A stretch of DNA of 64,000 bases from positions 124,001-188,000 of IMG/VR virus record IMGVR_UViG_3300037042_002125; one strand, 5' to 3'. Positions 1 through 9,293 of this stretch are shown one piece after another. The first letter of the stretch is position 1, and every line of letters begins with the position of its first letter. The position numbers were made by a program, and so were the translations under genes. The notes below the pieces were generated by a model that saw only the letters and a program-made list of their open reading frames with translations, did no database searches and had not been told where the DNA came from.

Positions 1-1863
1 GCTAAAGAAGACACAGCCAAGATGATGGCTTTGTTTAAGCAAAAGGGAAACCTGCATGAAGAAGCTTCGATGAAGCTTAAGGATGTGCAGTCTCTCCTAA
101 AAGGAAATAAGGACCCGTATGTTGCCCAGTATGCTAAGGTAACTCAAGACCTGTTGAAACAACTGATTGAAAGTTCAAAGAATCTTGGTAAGTCAGAGAT
201 TGAGACTGCTGGCGTAATGAGCGACCTTGAGAAGGTCAAAGCTTCTATGGAGAATCTCCCTGAGGAATTCTCTAAGAGGCTTGAAGAAACCACTGAGCTA
301 TTCAACACTCTAAACAAACAACAAGAGCAGCAACGTGCTAAGTGGTCAGCAGATAACAAACGCGCTCAGGACCTTCTTGACGATAGGGCAAAAGAGCTAA
401 AGGAATGGCGTCATAACCTCGGCATGGGTATTGCTGACAAAATTGGTATAGGCGGGTTCAACGTAGGCAACGCAATACGTGGGTACAAGAGCGTAAAGGG
501 CTTTGTCAACAAGCATCGCGAGCTTAGTGCGGCCAAGAAATTGGTCAGGATGACTAACCCTAAGCTTGCTGGTGTTGGCGAAGGGATGAAAGAAGACAAC
601 AAAGCTGAAAACGAAAAAGAGCTTGTTGAGCTAGTAAAAGAATACGTCAACGACAATAAGAAATTCAACCACAAAGTTGTTGATGGTATAGGCAAGAAAA
701 AATCCGGAGGCGGAGATAGCGGTCTTGGCGGCCTTGCTGCGGCTATTACAGCAGGATTGGGAACATTCTTTTCTGGGTCAGGACTTACTAGCTTACTTGG
801 TAGTATAGCTGGTAAAATTCCTCTTGGGCAAGTTGCTTCCTCGTTAGCTAGAGTTGCTGGCCCTGCTGCCCTGGTAGCAGGTGCTGGGTATGCTGGTTGG
901 CAAGTAGGAACAAAGATTTATGAAAAGTACGGCGACGAGATACAAACAGGCATAGGCAAAATAGATGACTTTGTATCTCACCTGTTTGGTCGACAATCCG
1001 TAAACGACATAAATAGGGCAGCAACTGCACCAATGCCGTTTACACCTAAGAGCGGGACAACTCGCGGACTAGGTGGAGGAGGTGGGCGAGGCTCAGTTAA
1101 TCCGCCAATGGTTACCCCAGATGACTCTCCCTCTGTAGTAAGCACAGGAGGACAGGTATCTGGATCTACTGGCACAGGAACATCAATGCCAGACACTGGC
1201 GTAGGTGGAGGTCGTGGTCGTATCAATCCAGCCAACGTAGATCCAAATTCTGTGCAGCTTAATAGTGGCGCAAACGTAAAAGGCTTGAACCCAAGTGTTA
1301 AAGCCAACCTCATGGGTATGGCTACAGAGTACCAACAACTGACAGGGAAGAAACTCCCGATCAACAGTGCTTTCCGCTCTATTGATGAACAGGCTAAGCT
1401 ATACAAGACGAAGCCTAAGGGAATGGCGGCTGCCCCTGGTAGCTCACTCCACAATTTTGGCTTTGCTGTTGATACAAATTCAGGCGTTGGTGGTGAGTTG
1501 CAGAAGAATGGCTTGCTTGCCAAGTATGGGTTTGAAAGACCTCTAAGCAAGGAACCTTGGCACATGCAACCTGCGGGCATGACTTTGGCGGCTGCCCGTA
1601 GTGGTTTGTACTCTGGAGATGCTCCAGCAGATCAAGGTGGACCTGGCGAATCTGCTGCAAGGGCAGCGCCTGCTGCTCAGGCTGTAACGGCTGCTGTATC
1701 GCCAGGAGATACTGGAAACGTATCTGGCCCAGGCGGGGGTGGTGCAGGTGGTGGATCTGGTAAAGGCTCAATGGGCGTCCCTTCACAAAGTAGCGTTAAG
1801 GATATTCCTACGTTTGACCAGTCAGACGGGATGTTCTTGGCTATGAATCTTGGAGTATGCTAA
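1..1863 (+). CDS. Tail-associated protein (tape-measure-like, 5'-truncated) with C-terminal M15/VanY-type Zn peptidase domain
   Basis: Frame is open from base 1 (AKEDTAK-MMAL), so the gene starts upstream of the window. Coiled-coil and Gly-rich N-part, then motifs SAFRS..EQ..LY, APGSSLHNFGFAVD and EPWH typical of M15 peptidases. Confidence 0.75.
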   Translation, partial: AKEDTAKMMALFKQKGNLHEEASMKLKDVQSLLKGNKDPYVAQYAKVTQDLLKQLIESSKNLGKSEIETAGVMSDLEKVKASMENLPEEFSKRLEETTELFNTLNKQQEQQRAKWSADNKRAQDLLDDRAKELKEWRHNLGMGIADKIGIGGFNVGNAIRGYKSVKGFVNKHRELSAAKKLVRMTNPKLAGVGEGMKEDNKAENEKELVELVKEYVNDNKKFNHKVVDGIGKKKSGGGDSGLGGLAAAITAGLGTFFSGSGLTSLLGSIAGKIPLGQVASSLARVAGPAALVAGAGYAGWQVGTKIYEKYGDEIQTGIGKIDDFVSHLFGRQSVNDINRAATAPMPFTPKSGTTRGLGGGGGRGSVNPPMVTPDDSPSVVSTGGQVSGSTGTGTSMPDTGVGGGRGRINPANVDPNSVQLNSGANVKGLNPSVKANLMGMATEYQQLTGKKLPINSAFRSIDEQAKLYKTKPKGMAAAPGSSLHNFGFAVDTNSGVGGELQKNGLLAKYGFERPLSKEPWHMQPAGMTLAAARSGLYSGDAPADQGGPGESAARAAPAAQAVTAAVSPGDTGNVSGPGGGGAGGGSGKGSMGVPSQSSVKDIPTFDQSDGMFLAMNLGVC

Positions 1864-3132
1864 ATGTTAGTCTCTACGGCTGCTGCCTTGATAAGCATAA
1901 TGCACAGAGACAAAAAGGCAATAAGACTAGCTGTTCATAAAGGAATAGGCAATAAGGACGATGATAAGTCTTCCTTTTCCTGGATGGGGTCTATGCTTGC
2001 AATGTCTTTTGCTGGACCTTTGATATACAAATTTATTGAACATGCTTTTGGCGCAAAATTATTTGGTGATCCAGATAGTACAGACTTAGCAGAGCAACAA
2101 GGTTTAGTAGGGGCTGCGGTGGAAGCAGTCAAGACTGGTTCCTCAAATATGTTGGACAGTCTATTGGGAAAGCCAAAGAAGGCTGAAGAAAGTGCCCCTG
2201 CACCAGATCAAGTTGAACAAGGGCCTACTACCAGAGGATTAGTACGCAAAGGTTCTCAGATTTCAAAAATAGCTTCGCCAACAAAAGATATTGACAACGC
2301 ATTAAGAGCGGTTGCTATAAGAGAGAAGATTGAATACGGCTTGCTCTATGCCTTTGCTGGGGTTGAATCAACGTTTAGCTCTGGAGCGCAAGCGAGTTCA
2401 TCTTCTGCTCAGGGGTTGTTTCAATTTACGTCTAGCACTTGGGATTACTTGACCAACAAAATTTATCCCGAGTTAGGCTATGTGTCAGCAGATAGAAAAG
2501 ATCCTGCAAAGTCTGCTACTGTTGCATCTAAATATATTAAATCGATCCAAACAACTCTTAAGAATTTCTTAGGCAAGATGCCTACAATAGGCCAAACTTA
2601 TCTTGGGTACTTTATGGGGCCCTCTGGTGCAAAGAAATTCCTTGGAGCATTGTTAAAAGATGCAAATCAGCTAGGCTCTTCAATATTTCCTAATCAAGCA
2701 AAGGCGAATCCTAACATTTTTTCAGAGGGTGGAAAACCTTTGACACTTAAGCAGATCTTGGACAAGTTGGAAGGAAAAGTAGGCGTGTATTATGCGCAAG
2801 CAGGTACAGTTTCTGGCCAAGGTAATACGCAAATGGCAACTAACTCTCCCGGCAAAGGAGACAGCGTTACACCCGTAGGACAAGGTGCCCAAGTAGCCCA
2901 GGTTTCTAAACCAACCGCACAACCTCCTAGAGTTGAAGCTACTGCCACACAAGTTGTTCAAGCGGTTACTCCTTCGCAATTGCCTTCCTCTTTTAAAGTA
3001 GAGAGGTACACTTTGCTAGAGGGTGAAAGCCAAAACTATATACTACCCCATATTGGTAGTGGTGGCAATAACAATGCGGAACTCACTTACGTTAGAGACA
3101 GTCAGAACAGAATGACTGCCGTTTACGCCTGA
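1864..3132 (+). CDS. Virion-associated lytic transglycosylase (SLT domain) protein
   Basis: AGVES catalytic motif, AQGLFQFTSSTW and YLGYFMG motifs; lies in the tail/baseplate operon. Confidence 0.8.
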   Translation: MLVSTAAALISIMHRDKKAIRLAVHKGIGNKDDDKSSFSWMGSMLAMSFAGPLIYKFIEHAFGAKLFGDPDSTDLAEQQGLVGAAVEAVKTGSSNMLDSLLGKPKKAEESAPAPDQVEQGPTTRGLVRKGSQISKIASPTKDIDNALRAVAIREKIEYGLLYAFAGVESTFSSGAQASSSSAQGLFQFTSSTWDYLTNKIYPELGYVSADRKDPAKSATVASKYIKSIQTTLKNFLGKMPTIGQTYLGYFMGPSGAKKFLGALLKDANQLGSSIFPNQAKANPNIFSEGGKPLTLKQILDKLEGKVGVYYAQAGTVSGQGNTQMATNSPGKGDSVTPVGQGAQVAQVSKPTAQPPRVEATATQVVQAVTPSQLPSSFKVERYTLLEGESQNYILPHIGSGGNNNAELTYVRDSQNRMTAVYA

Positions 3133-3157
3133 CCTGAACATTTAAGGACTATACACC

Positions 3158-4084
3158 ATGGCAGATCCAAGTACATTTGGTACTGTTGTTGACAGACAAA
3201 ACAAAGGTAGTTTCAACTCGCACAGTACAAACAACGCCAAGTCAATAAAAGAGTTGGCGTACAAGACATACATTGTCGCTTCTGAACAGAGCATTATTGT
3301 TGAGGCTTGGTTGCCTGAGACGTTCATGCTTGACGTTAACGCCAAATACGAAGCCCCTTATGAACAGGGAATAGGTGCATTAGGTGCTATGCAAGGTCTT
3401 AGCGAGATGGCTCGCTTCCTTGGCCTGAGTTTGACTACACAGGCTATGACGGCTCAGGTATGGCAAGGTGGTTCGTTTATTGATCTAAGCATACCGCTAG
3501 TCTTTCAAGCTGAGACTGACGCGGGAAGAGACGTAATGTTTCCTATCAAACAGTTGCTGAGTTTGACAATGCCTAAAGACCCTTCTGGCGGAGGTTTCTT
3601 GACTGCCCCAGGTCCGCGTATTGACATAAATAAGCTGGCATCTAATGGTCTTGAAGGTGTTACAAAGGCTTTTACTGATGTAAAAGATAGTTTAGGCAAG
3701 GTCATAGGCTCCCTAGCAACTCCAGTTGACACTGGCAAGAAGGTGGTCAATGGGAACTCTGGATTCATCCAGGGATCTGTTGATACGGCCAACAACGTAG
3801 CTCGTAGTTTATCATCTGCCCTTGTAAATAGCGTTGTCAATAACATTAGCTTGTACGTTGGAAAGTTTTTGTACTTCCCATCAGTGGTCATAACAGATGT
3901 TAGTCCAACCTATGATGTTATATTAGGACCTGACATGAACCCTCTTAGAGCAAGTGTGAACGTTGGCCTACGCACGTTCTATATGCCTACAAGTTCAGAT
4001 ATTGACTTAATGTTCCCCTCTACTCTAAGCCTTGACCCAACAGCAGGTTATGGGTATGGGACTTCTACTCGTAAGGGTTTGTGA
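3158..4084 (+). CDS. Baseplate/tail-tube initiator-like structural protein
   Basis: Position between tail hydrolases and the LysM/hub/spike genes; tube-like beta segments (IDLSIPLVFQA, VVITDVSPTYD). Inferred mostly from synteny. Confidence 0.5.
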   Translation: MADPSTFGTVVDRQNKGSFNSHSTNNAKSIKELAYKTYIVASEQSIIVEAWLPETFMLDVNAKYEAPYEQGIGALGAMQGLSEMARFLGLSLTTQAMTAQVWQGGSFIDLSIPLVFQAETDAGRDVMFPIKQLLSLTMPKDPSGGGFLTAPGPRIDINKLASNGLEGVTKAFTDVKDSLGKVIGSLATPVDTGKKVVNGNSGFIQGSVDTANNVARSLSSALVNSVVNNISLYVGKFLYFPSVVITDVSPTYDVILGPDMNPLRASVNVGLRTFYMPTSSDIDLMFPSTLSLDPTAGYGYGTSTRKGL

Positions 4085-4085
4085 T

Positions 4086-4439
4086 ATGGCATCTGCAATT
4101 CTTGACCTAAACAGAACAGCATATTTGTCTGTTGGTGGTACGCCACAAATGCCGTATGTTGATTATCTTAGTCCAAAGTATGTCAACATAAAGTACCTGC
4201 TTCCACCAACTAAGATATACACTGTGGATGCCTCTGACCATGCTAATGCCCCCGGGATTGCTTTCAATTTCTATGGTAGTGTGGACTACTGGTGGGTTGT
4301 TTGCATGTACAACGGAATCCTTGACCCAATAACAGAATTAGAGCCAGGCACATCTCTTCAGTTGCCGTCTCTTGTTGACGTAAACGCATTCCTTTCCTCG
4401 CAGGACACCAATCAGCTTGACACTGTGGTGACAATCTAA
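4086..4439 (+). CDS. Baseplate wedge protein, gp53/LysM-like
   Basis: IAFNFYGSVDYWWVVCMYNGILDP..L.PG..L.LP pattern; ATG 4086 follows the upstream stop. Confidence 0.75.
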   Translation: MASAILDLNRTAYLSVGGTPQMPYVDYLSPKYVNIKYLLPPTKIYTVDASDHANAPGIAFNFYGSVDYWWVVCMYNGILDPITELEPGTSLQLPSLVDVNAFLSSQDTNQLDTVVTI

Positions 4440-5567
4440 ATGCCGTTAGCCATAACAGACCGAATTTATTTACAGATTCGGATTAACAATGTTGAAATTC
4501 CGCTTGATCAGAATACAATTAGCTACCTACACATTGTAGAGAGCGTGCGTATCTATGTACCTATGCTGAGTTTCAAGATCAACGATATTACAAAGTTCCT
4601 TACTCGTAATGACTTGCTGGTAGACGGCTCCTTGATTGAGATAACGATTGAGATTGAAGGGTACAGGACAGTGTACGTGTTTAGATTGTTTGGTTCGTCA
4701 GAGCTTATAGCTAATGGCGCTACCTCATACATCATCAAAGGGTACTTGAATGTTCCTAGGTACTGGACACAGTCTTCTGTTGAGTCATTAAAAGGGAGCG
4801 CCAGCAAGTCCTTACAGGCAATAGCTTCGGCAGTAAACCTAACTTACACTGGGGTAACTACTACAGAGGACCAGCTGTGGGTGCCAATGAATCGCAAGTA
4901 TTGCGATTTTGCCAAGGCCATTGTAGACGGAGCGTCTATTTCTGGAACGTCGTGCATAAAATTGGCTGTTACTGCTGACAAAGAAATGCTGGTGCGAGAC
5001 ATTTCTACAGCTTTGCAGGCTGAACCAAAAGAACTATTCTCTAACAAAGATAGTTCGGCAGAATCTGCCTTTATAATAACTGACTATGAGGCGCTGAATA
5101 AATCAGGTTTCTTCAATGCAAGCACTGGTTACAAAGATTTTAAGATCCTGCAATCAGTTCTTGCTGACGATATTCAGATCAAAGACGTATCGTTCAATAA
5201 GAACAGTCGAAAGATGATGATCAACAAGGGAATACAAGCGGGTGTTGAACAAAACCGCGTGGCGTTTGCCCCTATAGATGTTGGTAATGTGAGCAGTACA
5301 TACGAGAGTGCTAAATATCAAAATAGGCGGCTGTCTAACCTGTTTGTATTTGGTCTTAATTTCCTTACACCTAGACCGGTTAAGAGTAAATTATTGGACG
5401 TAGTAGGTACAGAGATAAGTAAACCAGATCTAGACGGAGTGTCTCAGTACAGTGGCAAGTATCTTCTTACCAGCAAGGTCACGTACATCCATGGTATGAA
5501 TTTCTTTCACAAATGTGAGGTTTATAGGCATGGGCTTAACGCAATTCAAGAATCAACTCAGATCTAG
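4440..5567 (+). CDS. Baseplate hub protein (gp27/gpD-like)
   Basis: Size, and synteny immediately before the spike gene. Confidence 0.6.
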   Translation: MPLAITDRIYLQIRINNVEIPLDQNTISYLHIVESVRIYVPMLSFKINDITKFLTRNDLLVDGSLIEITIEIEGYRTVYVFRLFGSSELIANGATSYIIKGYLNVPRYWTQSSVESLKGSASKSLQAIASAVNLTYTGVTTTEDQLWVPMNRKYCDFAKAIVDGASISGTSCIKLAVTADKEMLVRDISTALQAEPKELFSNKDSSAESAFIITDYEALNKSGFFNASTGYKDFKILQSVLADDIQIKDVSFNKNSRKMMINKGIQAGVEQNRVAFAPIDVGNVSSTYESAKYQNRRLSNLFVFGLNFLTPRPVKSKLLDVVGTEISKPDLDGVSQYSGKYLLTSKVTYIHGMNFFHKCEVYRHGLNAIQESTQI

Positions 5568-5575
5568 GAATATCC

Positions 5576-6316
5576 ATGATTGATAACCTAAATGACCAAG
5601 ACAAGCCAAACTATTCTGGGTATTTCATTGGCACAGTCTTGTTCAATGAGGACCCAGACAAGATTGAGAGAATCAAGGTTACTATACCTAGTCTCCTTCA
5701 AGGTGATAAAGACAAGCTACCTTGGTTGGGTAAGAAGAAAGCTGAGCTTTTCCCTGATGCAAAGGATGGGACGTTTGGAACGTTCGGTTTAGTGCCTGCT
5801 GTAGGCACTCAGGTCATAGTCAGTTTTCAAGATGCAAACCCGTTGTACGGTATGTATGAGGCTTGCCCACACCAATCAAATGAGAGAGTAGCAGAGGCGC
5901 TCACTAATTATCTGTATAGGTATGGGTTCAAAGACCCAGCAGGTAATTTGTTCATGGTTGATACTAAACCAGGTGCTGTAGAGATTTTGGTCCAACATAA
6001 GAGCGGAACACTTATCAGAATAGTTGATAACGGAGACATGGAAGTTATAGTGGTTAAAGACTTGTCAGTGAACGTAACTGGTAATTCCACAATACAAGTC
6101 TCAGGCAATTCTGACGTAACCATATCTGGCGCTGCGACGTTGTCAGTTGCTGGAGGTATAACTTCCGATACACCTACGTGGAATCACACTGGAAACATTA
6201 ACATAACTGGCAAGGTCACTGTTACCAACGATGTTGTCGCAGCTGGCATATCGCTTAAGTCTCACCTCCATATGGGAGTAACTTCTGGTACAAGTATGAC
6301 AGGCATCCCGGTTTAA
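5576..6316 (+). CDS. Baseplate central spike (gpV/gp5-like)
   Basis: N-terminal OB-like DPDKIERIKV..P motif, beta-helix repeats, and C-terminal ISLKSHLH.GV (HxH metal-binding tip). Confidence 0.85.
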   Translation: MIDNLNDQDKPNYSGYFIGTVLFNEDPDKIERIKVTIPSLLQGDKDKLPWLGKKKAELFPDAKDGTFGTFGLVPAVGTQVIVSFQDANPLYGMYEACPHQSNERVAEALTNYLYRYGFKDPAGNLFMVDTKPGAVEILVQHKSGTLIRIVDNGDMEVIVVKDLSVNVTGNSTIQVSGNSDVTISGAATLSVAGGITSDTPTWNHTGNINITGKVTVTNDVVAAGISLKSHLHMGVTSGTSMTGIPV

Positions 6317-6332
6317 CTTAAGGTGAACATAT

Positions 6333-6758
6333 ATGGCAATTGATCCACAACGTCCAAGACTATCTGAGCAGACAGTTAACGTCGTTTGGTTAGACGTTAA
6401 CACTCTGTTGGGAACAGGTCTTAAACCCGACTTGCTTCCCGACGTGAACGCTATAAATAATAGTTTGTACAATTTGTTCCGGTGTCCAGTAGGCGCGCGA
6501 GGACCAATATTCCAACCAGAGTATGGTTCAAGCATTTTTAAGCTATTGCATGAACCTTTGGATTACATAACGGCCAACAAGGTTAGGATGTTCACAATAC
6601 AAGCCATTCAAAGATGGGAACCTCGCATTGTTCTTGACATGGCACGGTCCAGAGTAGATCCTGATCTTAATAGAAACGCTTACATGGTTTCAATCTACTA
6701 CTCTATAGTGGCTACAAAGCAACTTGGAAATGGCTCTTACATACTAGGTAAATCATGA
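6333..6758 (+). CDS. Baseplate wedge gp25/gpW-like protein
   Basis: FQPEYGS....L.EP and AIQRWEPRI motifs. Confidence 0.88.
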   Translation: MAIDPQRPRLSEQTVNVVWLDVNTLLGTGLKPDLLPDVNAINNSLYNLFRCPVGARGPIFQPEYGSSIFKLLHEPLDYITANKVRMFTIQAIQRWEPRIVLDMARSRVDPDLNRNAYMVSIYYSIVATKQLGNGSYILGKS

Positions 6759-8476
6759 CAATTGAACTATCAAACATATCGCCAGACTTCAATGACCTGG
6801 TTTCACAACTGCAAACAATCCTAGCCTCAAAGGATACCTGGAAAGATCGTCTTACCACGTCTACTGGGCAGACTTTGATTGAAATGATTGCGGCAATCGG
6901 CGCTTATTCTCAGTACAGCATAGAGAGTGCGTTCCAAGAGAACTGGCCTCAAAGTGCCAAGAATGCCAACTCCCTGTATGCAGCCAGTAACTTTATGGGC
7001 GTTCGCGTAAATCGTAAAGGTCCCTCCTCCATAACAATCAACTTTGTTGCTCCTAGTGCAGTGTCATTGCCTGCATACAGCCAGTTCACAGGCGTGGGTA
7101 GCTATTGGTTTAATCGCGACCCAATTGTCTATGACCCTGATATTCTTACTCCCCTCCCTGTTGTGTTGTATCAAGGGCAAGTAAAAACAGAAAATTTCTA
7201 CGGACTAGGCAGCAACTTTCAAGCCTTTATAACAACAGAGACAGCATTCACTGTAGCTGACCAAGACATTACGTTAGAAATAAATAACGTAAGTATACCT
7301 GTAATACAGGAGGGCCTATGGACTAAACCGACTTTACCTGGTGTTCAGGATATGACTTTGCCTTCGGGGCAAATGATGCTTCTGTTTGGTAATGCAATCT
7401 ACGGTTCCCTTCCTACAGTAAATGACCTATGCACCGTAACGTATGTGGTCACGTTGGGGGTTAACGGAGACAACATACCAACGCTTAGCCAGAAATTTAA
7501 TCTTGAGACTGATACAACTAAATACGGTATTGCTACAACGCAAGCTTCTGGTGGCGGTGATCAAACAAGTTACCTAGTGTACAAGAATATAACGCCTGCT
7601 TTGTTTGGGGCGTTTAGTTCTTCCGTAACGGGTAACCAATACAAACGTCTACCTATACAGTACCCGGGTGTTCTAGATGCCAAGACGTTCTCCCAACGAG
7701 AGATAAACCCCTTTGCATTGACCTGGATGAACGTAATCAAGGTCTGTTTGTTGACCAATACCGTCATGGATACTGCTCAGTGGCATGCTTTTGAGACATG
7801 GTACTTAGACCAAACAATGTATAGCACTAGAATCTATAGACAAGATCCTATAGCGAGCAATGTCAATGTAAATGCAAAAGTCTATTGCAAGAATTTTGCC
7901 AATACAAGCGATGTTCATGTTAACACAATAGCCGCAGTAGCCGCAGTGTTCCAACCAAGACAAGGTATCATAGGCCTTGATATCTACAGGTCAGACATAA
8001 TCAATGCAATTTTGCAAGCAGATTCAAATGTTGAGTACGTGGTATTGAATTCTCCTGCGACAGATATCATCTTGTCCTCCTTCATTGTGGACTTTCCAAC
8101 TTGCACGGTTATTCCTTCTGGGGGAACCTTGGCCGTAGGGTACTATGACTACTGCATATCTGCCACGTCATCTCTTGGCGGAGATTCTGCCCCATCTAAG
8201 TGGACTACTGTTCACATAACTGTTCCTAATTCTAGGATTGTTTTGTCGTGGGCCCCAGTTACAAATTCTGTTGGGTACAAAATATGGGGTCGTACAACAC
8301 CGACTCCATTAGGGTTGTTGGCAACCGTTAGCGTCTCTACATTGACCTGGACAGACAACGGAACAGTAGTGCCAGTAGGAAGTGTTCCAGTTGAAGGAAC
8401 AATAGAAACTTACTACCCTAGGTTGAACAGCAACGTACAGGTTATAGGTTACTCAAATCGAGATACGCTTAGTTAA
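6755..8476 (+). CDS. Baseplate wedge gp6/gpJ-like protein
   Basis: DF..L...L N-terminus, ASGG.D and A.T...Y region; synteny after gp25; C-terminal Ig/FN3-like segment. Confidence 0.8.
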   Translation: MTIELSNISPDFNDLVSQLQTILASKDTWKDRLTTSTGQTLIEMIAAIGAYSQYSIESAFQENWPQSAKNANSLYAASNFMGVRVNRKGPSSITINFVAPSAVSLPAYSQFTGVGSYWFNRDPIVYDPDILTPLPVVLYQGQVKTENFYGLGSNFQAFITTETAFTVADQDITLEINNVSIPVIQEGLWTKPTLPGVQDMTLPSGQMMLLFGNAIYGSLPTVNDLCTVTYVVTLGVNGDNIPTLSQKFNLETDTTKYGIATTQASGGGDQTSYLVYKNITPALFGAFSSSVTGNQYKRLPIQYPGVLDAKTFSQREINPFALTWMNVIKVCLLTNTVMDTAQWHAFETWYLDQTMYSTRIYRQDPIASNVNVNAKVYCKNFANTSDVHVNTIAAVAAVFQPRQGIIGLDIYRSDIINAILQADSNVEYVVLNSPATDIILSSFIVDFPTCTVIPSGGTLAVGYYDYCISATSSLGGDSAPSKWTTVHITVPNSRIVLSWAPVTNSVGYKIWGRTTPTPLGLLATVSVSTLTWTDNGTVVPVGSVPVEGTIETYYPRLNSNVQVIGYSNRDTLS

Positions 8477-8490
8477 CTCTAGGACACATA

Positions 8491-9237
8491 ATGTCAAACA
8501 TTGTTAGAAGCACATTGCTTCCTCCTTATTTAGAAGACAGTCCTGCGTGGGCAGACCTAACCGACTCTATCGACGCAGTGTTTGGATCTAAGATTGACGA
8601 TCCAACTCACTGGTTGGCTCGGTTAAGAGATACTTGGATTCTCACTGCCACAACAGAAGGACAACTAGCTGACGCTTCCTTGATGATCCAAAACAGCGAT
8701 TTTGAAGCTATAGAAAAGAACATCTTGATACGTCAAGCTAACATGATAGGTTTTGATCTTGTCGATTCAAACACAATGACTAGCGATCAATACCAACGCA
8801 TGGCTAGATACTTGGCCAAGTATTGGTATGGCAAAGGTACATTCCAGGTACAGAACTTTTTAGGGTTCATAATAGACGCATTGATTACGTTCACGAACAT
8901 GTGGTCAATACAAGGTCTAACATATGACACATACGGACCACTTCTCCCAGAAGGGGATCCTGGTATAGGTGCTCCTATCTGGGAAGGTGGAATTTGGTTT
9001 CCTACAACACACATTGAAGTAGGCATTGATTTGACAAACTCTTATCAAGGTTGGCCTGTTGGATCAACGGCTAGGCTTGCAAAGCTTGTCTATTCTCTTG
9101 CCAACTACAACCTAGTTATCTACAATGTAATCTTGAACATTGGTATTTGGGTACACTCAGTTGATGATCCAAAGATAGGCATAATTGTTACTGCCTGTCC
9201 TTGGGAAGAGATCATAGAAGAGATCGAAACGGTTTAG
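8491..9237 (+). CDS. Baseplate wedge gp7/gpI-like protein
   Basis: LLPPYL N-terminus and GKGT motif; synteny after gpJ-like gene. Confidence 0.6.
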   Translation: MSNIVRSTLLPPYLEDSPAWADLTDSIDAVFGSKIDDPTHWLARLRDTWILTATTEGQLADASLMIQNSDFEAIEKNILIRQANMIGFDLVDSNTMTSDQYQRMARYLAKYWYGKGTFQVQNFLGFIIDALITFTNMWSIQGLTYDTYGPLLPEGDPGIGAPIWEGGIWFPTTHIEVGIDLTNSYQGWPVGSTARLAKLVYSLANYNLVIYNVILNIGIWVHSVDDPKIGIIVTACPWEEIIEEIETV

Positions 9238-9263
9238 CATACATTAATCTAGCTGTGGGTATT

Positions 9264-9272
9264 TAATTTAAT
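9264..9272 (+). promoter_or_regulatory. TAATTTNAT motif (putative late promoter), in the loop of a hairpin at 9250-9279
   Basis: TAATTTAAT in the intergenic gap, upstream of the AAGGAG RBS and TTG start. Confidence 0.55.
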
Positions 9273-9293
9273 ACAGCTACAAGGAGAAGAATT

